From IMG/VR virus record IMGVR_UViG_3300041407_000075, positions 26,163 to 90,162 of that record: a stretch of 64,000 nt of DNA. One strand, 5' to 3'. Each line of letters begins with the position of its first letter. The first letter of the stretch is position 1. This DNA comes from a virus. The translations under genes and the position numbers were made by a program. Below, piece after piece: positions 58,602 through 64,000 of the stretch. The notes below the pieces were generated by a model. The model worked only from the letters and a program-made list of their open reading frames with translations. It had not been told where the DNA came from and did no database searches.

Positions 58602-59519
58602 TTGAATTACACTAAAATCTATAATGCTCTTGTTGAAAAAGCTAAACTTCGCGGCCTCGATAAAAGCCAGCATGAGGGTTACTTTGAAATTCATCATATT
58701 CTCCCTAAGTGTTTGGGAGGGGCTGATGATGATTCAAATTTAGTAATGTTTACTGGTCGTGAACACTTTATTGCACACATGTTAATGTGGAAAGCTAATC
58801 CCAACGATGTGAGTCTTCAACGTGCTGCTTGGATGATGAGTGCTCGTAATGTCTGCAAAGTAAATTCTAGACTTTATTCAGCCATCCAAGAAGTAAAGAG
58901 AAAAGAAGCTTCTGAACAGATGAAAGGTCGATACTTTAAAGACCTTACAGGTAATCGTTACGAACGACTTGTTGTAGTTAGTCAAGGTGATCATTATTAT
59001 ACTCCGAGTGTACTTCGGTACACTCGCTGGAATTGCGTATGTGATTGTGGGAATGAAAAGCTTATTAATGCAGGTTCTTTAACCAGTGGAAACACCCGTA
59101 GTTGTGGTTGCTTAGCTTATGAAGTTAGGAAATCCTATGCGGGTAAAACATATGATGAAGAAACGAAAAAGAAGTTTAGATACCTCACAGGTGAAGATCA
59201 CCCGTCATACGGCACAAAGTACAGTGAAGAACGAAGAGCTAAAGCCGCCGCTGCTCGCAGGGCTTTAGACCTGAAAGCTTGGGAAATCTCTTCTAAGGTA
59301 AGTTCAACCGGTCATGATCGTTGGTTAATTGCAGACTACTACCATGAACTCTGGCTATATTTTGAAAAGCCCGGAATTAAGAAATTTGCAAAGTGTTTTA
59401 ATGAAACACATAACGACGAAACAAAACACACAAGTTATACCACTCTAATCAATATGTTTAATACAGGTTGGATTCCTTTAGAAGATGAGGAATGGATTAA
59501 ATTTTCTAAAGGTAATTAA
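58602..59519 (+). mobile_element. HNH homing endonuclease with NUMOD-like repeats, directly upstream of terL
   Basis: NY..IY..L, EIHHILPKCLGG, NLV..T.REHFIAH, DLTGNRY, CVCDCG, GEDHPSYG. Confidence 0.88.
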
Positions 59520-61028
59520 ATGATAGAAGAACAGGAAATTATTGGGCCTAGTAGCGCTAAACAATCCCTAATGTTGAATCAGCAAGCTGATACGGCTATT
59601 CTAGGGGGCGCTATGGGCTCAGGAAAATCATTTATTTCATTGCTTTATCCATTGAAATTTGCTGATGATCCTCACCTTCGTGGAATTATCTTCCGTAAGA
59701 CTACTGGTGAAATCACCGCTCAAGGCGGTCTTTGGGAGAATGCTTGTGAAATCTATTCTAAAGTTTATGGTAATGCTGAAGAACTAAGAAAACAAGGTAA
59801 GAAAGGTGGTATTAAGATTCATATTAAAGATCTTAAAATTACCTTTCCTTCTGGTGGTTCTATTAAGTTCTCCTACCTAGAAAACTCCCGAGATTTGCTC
59901 CGTCACCAAGGGGCAGCCTACACTTTTGTGTTATTTGACGAAGCCACGCACTTCACTCAAGAAATGATTGAGTATCTTATTAAGCGTATGCGATCGGCTC
60001 GTGCAAAACACAAAAAACAAATGGTTCTAACTTGCAACCCAGATCCAGACTGGTTCGGTCTTGAGTGGATTAAGCCATACCTAACAGAAGACGGCACACC
60101 TAATACCGATAATGACGGAAAGATGCGTTATTATGCTGTAGATAATGGTGACTATGTTTGGTCAGATAGTCGTGAAGAATTAGAAGCTATTTACGGTGAA
60201 GGAACAGATTCCGGTATTCGTAGTTTCACCTTTGTGAGCGCGAATTGCATGGACAATATTCCCCTTATGACCGCCGACCCAAGTTATCTCTCGAACTTGA
60301 AAGCGCAGAGCGCCGTAGATGTGCAGAGATATCTTTACGGGAACTGGTTTTGCCGCCCAAGCAATTCGACCATGATACGCCGGGAATGGTTCATCGAGAA
60401 AGATGAAGAGCCGCCTTGGACAGAGATAGTTAAAACAGTTAGGGCATACGACTTTGCTTTTGTTTTACGCTCAGATAAGAACAGCAGCCCCGATTACACT
60501 GTATCAGTTAAGATGAGTAAACTTAAAGACGGTAATTACTTTATTCATGACATCCGGAGAACTCGTATTCTTCCCGGCGATTGGATGAAGTTTATTTTAG
60601 ACGCAGCTTTAGCTGACGGACCTAAAGTAGAAATTGTATTACCTCTTGATCCTCAAACTCGCTACAGCAATACATTCATATCTAAAGACCTATCCTCTAA
60701 AGGTTTTCATGTACGTCAGTTCAAAACTACGGGCCACAAAGAGGATCGCTTTAAACCATTCACATCTATTGTTATGAATGGTGGAATGCAGATTCTCAAG
60801 GATTGCGGTGCTGACTATGAAAACGGAGTTTATGATGATCTTAACTTCTTCTATAAAGAGTTAGAGTCTTATGAAGGTGGTAAAAGATCCTCTGGCAGTC
60901 GCCACGATGATCTTTGTGATGCTTGCAGCGATTCATTTGCAGCTGTTGCGTCAAGTAAAACAATACCAAACTTCCTAGCTGGTTTAAAAGGTGCAAACCT
61001 TTCATATAATAACCCCTTCAATCAATAG
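59520..61028 (+). CDS. terL: terminase large subunit
   Basis: Walker A GGAMGSGKS, Walker B FDEATHF, coupling motif TCNP, nuclease AYDFA ... HDDLCDA. Confidence 0.95.
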   Translation: MIEEQEIIGPSSAKQSLMLNQQADTAILGGAMGSGKSFISLLYPLKFADDPHLRGIIFRKTTGEITAQGGLWENACEIYSKVYGNAEELRKQGKKGGIKIHIKDLKITFPSGGSIKFSYLENSRDLLRHQGAAYTFVLFDEATHFTQEMIEYLIKRMRSARAKHKKQMVLTCNPDPDWFGLEWIKPYLTEDGTPNTDNDGKMRYYAVDNGDYVWSDSREELEAIYGEGTDSGIRSFTFVSANCMDNIPLMTADPSYLSNLKAQSAVDVQRYLYGNWFCRPSNSTMIRREWFIEKDEEPPWTEIVKTVRAYDFAFVLRSDKNSSPDYTVSVKMSKLKDGNYFIHDIRRTRILPGDWMKFILDAALADGPKVEIVLPLDPQTRYSNTFISKDLSSKGFHVRQFKTTGHKEDRFKPFTSIVMNGGMQILKDCGADYENGVYDDLNFFYKELESYEGGKRSSGSRHDDLCDACSDSFAAVASSKTIPNFLAGLKGANLSYNNPFNQ

Positions 61029-61036
61029 GAGATACA

Positions 61037-62560
61037 ATGGCTGATGAAGAAGATGTCTCCTTAGATGTCGGGAACTTGCAAGCCGGTACTAATAATATTC
61101 CACCACTTGCTCTTGGTGAACAAGGTTTTGCTGGCCTAAATATTTTGGGCGGCAGGGTATTCGAAGAATGCAACCACGAGCTCCGCTGGCCTGAGTGTAT
61201 TCAGACTTATAAGCGAATGGCTAAAGATGGTGCAATTGCCCCCGCTCTCGACCTAGTTGAAATGATGATAGCCCGCGTACCTTGGACTGTCAAGGTTCCT
61301 GAAGGCTACGAAGAAAAACTTAAATTCCAAGCTAACTATCTGCGTCAAGTGAAAGATGACATGGACCACTCTTGGGACTCTGCAATCAAGCAAATCGTAA
61401 GCTTCAATCGCTACGGTTTTGCCTGTGTAGAAAAGGTTTATGGTTACAGGGAAAAGGCTAAAGGTAGTAAGTATGATGACGGTTTGGTTCGTGTTAAAAA
61501 ACTAGCCCTTCGTCCACAAGACACTATTGAAAGCTGGGTATATAAGAACAAAGGCCGTGATCTTGCTGGTTTAAATCAGTGTGTTGTGCTTCCAACTAAC
61601 TCTACTATTAACGGTAGGGATTTTGTAAACAATCCCGGTCTTGTGGATTCAGGTTGGAACACAGCAACTAAGTTCCTTAAACGAGCTAAGTTCATGCTGT
61701 TCCGCCAAGGCTCTTTGAAAGACTCTCCTGAAGGTACAAGTCCGCTGAATGGTGCTTGGCAAGCTTGGAAGTATAAACAAGCTTATCAAGAGTCGGAAGC
61801 TATTGCTGTAGCACAAGATAGTAATGGATTTAAAGTGCTTTATCTCCCTCCTCAGTACATGGCAGCTGATGCCTCTGAAGAGGACAAAGCAGTATTTGAA
61901 GAATACAAAAAGATCTTGGCTAACATGCACCAAGCTAAGCAGTCAGGCATGATCCTCCCACTTATCCTAGATGAATCTGGGAATAAGATGTTTGAATTTG
62001 ATATCAAAAGTATCACAGGTCAAAAGTCGTATGACACTAATGCAATCATTGGCCGATATACTTCTGAGATTCTAACTGCACTGTTTGCTGACTTCCTTGC
62101 ACTTGGTTCTAATGGTTCTGGTTCGTTTAGTCTTGCTGAAACTAAAGTTAGCATCATTGAGATGACACTTGAGTCCAAGTTGAATGAGATTAAAGATCAG
62201 TTGAACAACGACTTGGTTCGCCAATTGTGGGAACTAAATGCGTGGGATACTGATGTAATGCCTTACTTCGACTACGGTAATATCTCTCGCGAATCGCTGG
62301 ATGAAATCGGTAAGTTCGTGCAACGAGTTGCAGCAGTTGCGATGCTTCCTAAGTCTCCAAAAGTTGTTAACTGGCTGATGAAGCAAGCGGATATTCCTTA
62401 CCATGTTGATGAGTCCTTGAGTCCAGAGGAACTTTCTGAACAGCTGACACCAATGACAAGTGGAGCCGCCCAAGGCATGACTGAAGGTCTTCCATCGGGA
62501 ACTGGTAACAATTCTGGTAGCTCAGGTGACTCTTCCACATCTAACACAGAAAATACTTAG
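61037..62560 (+). CDS. portal protein
   Basis: Follows terL; YGF...EKVY, PEGTSPL, GSFSLAE; 507 aa. Confidence 0.9.
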   Translation: MADEEDVSLDVGNLQAGTNNIPPLALGEQGFAGLNILGGRVFEECNHELRWPECIQTYKRMAKDGAIAPALDLVEMMIARVPWTVKVPEGYEEKLKFQANYLRQVKDDMDHSWDSAIKQIVSFNRYGFACVEKVYGYREKAKGSKYDDGLVRVKKLALRPQDTIESWVYKNKGRDLAGLNQCVVLPTNSTINGRDFVNNPGLVDSGWNTATKFLKRAKFMLFRQGSLKDSPEGTSPLNGAWQAWKYKQAYQESEAIAVAQDSNGFKVLYLPPQYMAADASEEDKAVFEEYKKILANMHQAKQSGMILPLILDESGNKMFEFDIKSITGQKSYDTNAIIGRYTSEILTALFADFLALGSNGSGSFSLAETKVSIIEMTLESKLNEIKDQLNNDLVRQLWELNAWDTDVMPYFDYGNISRESLDEIGKFVQRVAAVAMLPKSPKVVNWLMKQADIPYHVDESLSPEELSEQLTPMTSGAAQGMTEGLPSGTGNNSGSSGDSSTSNTENT

Positions 62561-62568
62561 GAGGCTGT

Positions 62569-63933
62569 ATGGCCCACAGTCTTCTCAGACTGAAAGAAAA
62601 GATTTGCAATACTCCTCACTTGATGCACCCAGCATCGTTTGAAATTGTTATTCAATATCTTAACGAACGAAACAACGAAGACTTCAAACTGGATACAGCA
62701 GTTGAGGATACTCGTGAAAGTAATTCCCGATACTCTTTTAACAAAGATATCGGGGTTGCTGTTCTCAACATTGATGGCCCTCTCAGCTATAAGCCTGTAA
62801 CAATTATGGGCTTTGATTGTGGTGGTGCATCCTACCAGCAGATTAAAGAAGACTTTACCTACCTTGTTGATAGTGGTGCAAAGACTATTGCATTCAGTGT
62901 TTCCAGTGGTGGTGGTGAAGCTTTCCAGATGATGCCAACTGCTAATTACATGCGTAAATTGGCTACTGAAAACGACGTTCGTATCATCACCTATGTAGAT
63001 GGTCTGTCCGCTTCAGCAGCCTATGGTTTGTCTGTAATTGCCGATGAACTGATCATGGCCCCAAGCTCAGAAGTTGGTAGCGTTGGTGTTCTGGTTCGTT
63101 TGATGAATGACTCCAAAGCACTTGAGAAAGAAGGCTATGAACGTACCTTTATCTCTGCTGGCGATGACAAGATTCCATTTGACGCTGACGGTAGTTTCCG
63201 TAAAGAGTTCTTGGAAGATATTCAAGGTAAAGTTGACACACTTTACGAAGAGTTTACTGGGTTCGTTGCAGAACATCGCAACTTGTCAGTAGAAGCAGTG
63301 AAGTCCACACAGGCGCGTACCTTCTTGCCAAAAGAAGCTATTGAGCTTGGACTAGCTGACCGTGTTATGACTCTTGAAGAGTTTTACACACATTTGGCTG
63401 ATACAGCTCAAAAACAAGAAGGTGGTATGTTAAAAACCAAACTGTTTGCCCAATTTAATAAAACCGAGGAAACTCTAGAAATGACTCAACTTGCCGAACT
63501 GCAAGAACAACTTCAGGGCGCTCAATTGAGTGTTTCTGACCTTACCTCTAAATTCGAAGCTGCTTCTTTGCTGCTTGCTGAAAAAGATACCCTTCTGGCT
63601 ACCGCTCTCCAAGAAGTTGCACAGATGAAAGAAGCTGTAGCCTCTGCTGAAGCTGCTGCTGTAGCCGTAAAAATGACCAGTCGCAAGACTGCTCTTGCCG
63701 CTGTAATGTCCGCTGACAAAGTTGAAGCTGTTTCGACCTCCTTGTCCAGCCTTGACGACTCGGCATTTGAAACTGTTCTGAGTGGTTTTGCTGCACAGAA
63801 ACAAGCTCTTGAAGCATCCGATATGTTTACAGAACTTGGCGACCAAGGTACAGAAGTAGTTCCTGAAGCTAATGCTTCTAAGTCTAAAGATGTTACCGAA
63901 GACCTTATCAAACAAAAACTAGGTTTGAAATAA
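62569..63933 (+). CDS. prohead protease (S49 family) with C-terminal scaffold domain
   Basis: SSGGG, SASAAY, VGSVGV, AIELGLAD; coiled-coil Ala-rich C-terminus. Confidence 0.9.
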   Translation: MAHSLLRLKEKICNTPHLMHPASFEIVIQYLNERNNEDFKLDTAVEDTRESNSRYSFNKDIGVAVLNIDGPLSYKPVTIMGFDCGGASYQQIKEDFTYLVDSGAKTIAFSVSSGGGEAFQMMPTANYMRKLATENDVRIITYVDGLSASAAYGLSVIADELIMAPSSEVGSVGVLVRLMNDSKALEKEGYERTFISAGDDKIPFDADGSFRKEFLEDIQGKVDTLYEEFTGFVAEHRNLSVEAVKSTQARTFLPKEAIELGLADRVMTLEEFYTHLADTAQKQEGGMLKTKLFAQFNKTEETLEMTQLAELQEQLQGAQLSVSDLTSKFEAASLLLAEKDTLLATALQEVAQMKEAVASAEAAAVAVKMTSRKTALAAVMSADKVEAVSTSLSSLDDSAFETVLSGFAAQKQALEASDMFTELGDQGTEVVPEANASKSKDVTEDLIKQKLGLK

Positions 63934-63972
63934 TTAGCCTTAGCTAATCTCTCTATTTTTAAAGGAATCAAA

Positions 63973-64000
63973 TATGCCTTTCGTTGCTGAAACTTTCACC
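63973..64000 (+). CDS. start of the next head gene (partial)
   Basis: AAGGA RBS then ATG CCT TTC GTT...; runs off the window. Confidence 0.6.

Noticed and set aside
1-64000. Prophage or host chromosomal DNA, suggested by phaZ, phoH and clpP-like genes
   Set aside because: No integrase, att site or host operon context; these genes are translationally coupled to phage ORFs and share the phage base composition

Overview
The whole window reads as part of a tailed dsDNA bacteriophage genome, roughly 40% GC by eye, with no integrase in view. The host is probably a Pseudomonas, inferred from a close PhaZ homologue and an Acb2 homologue. There are four strand blocks. (1) 1-15.5 kb, minus strand: replication and nucleotide metabolism (dUTPase, exonucleases, SSB, Acb2, a family B DNA polymerase split in two by an HNH gene, primase-helicase). 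(2) 15.7-32.3 kb, plus strand: early region of small ORFs with many sigma70 promoters, an orphan Pol-A/T7-RNAP-superfamily polymerase and a nucleotidyltransferase. (3) 33-51.4 kb, minus strand: accessory genes (PHA depolymerase, LMW-PTP, HD alarmone hydrolase, dCMP deaminase, DNA adenine MTase, ClpP-like protease, PhoH). (4) 51.8-64 kb, plus strand: Rep-like cassette, structured RNA/tRNA cluster, terminase, portal and head protease. The most unusual observations are a ~900 bp island with 22 CCWGG sites in a genome that otherwise appears to avoid CCWGG, a phage-encoded mcl-PHA depolymerase, tandem RNA hairpins whose loops display anti-Shine-Dalgarno sequences next to anticodon-less tRNA mimics, an intronless split DNA polymerase, and a plasmid-like operator/RHH/Rep cassette. 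All calls come from reading motifs by eye; no searches were run.
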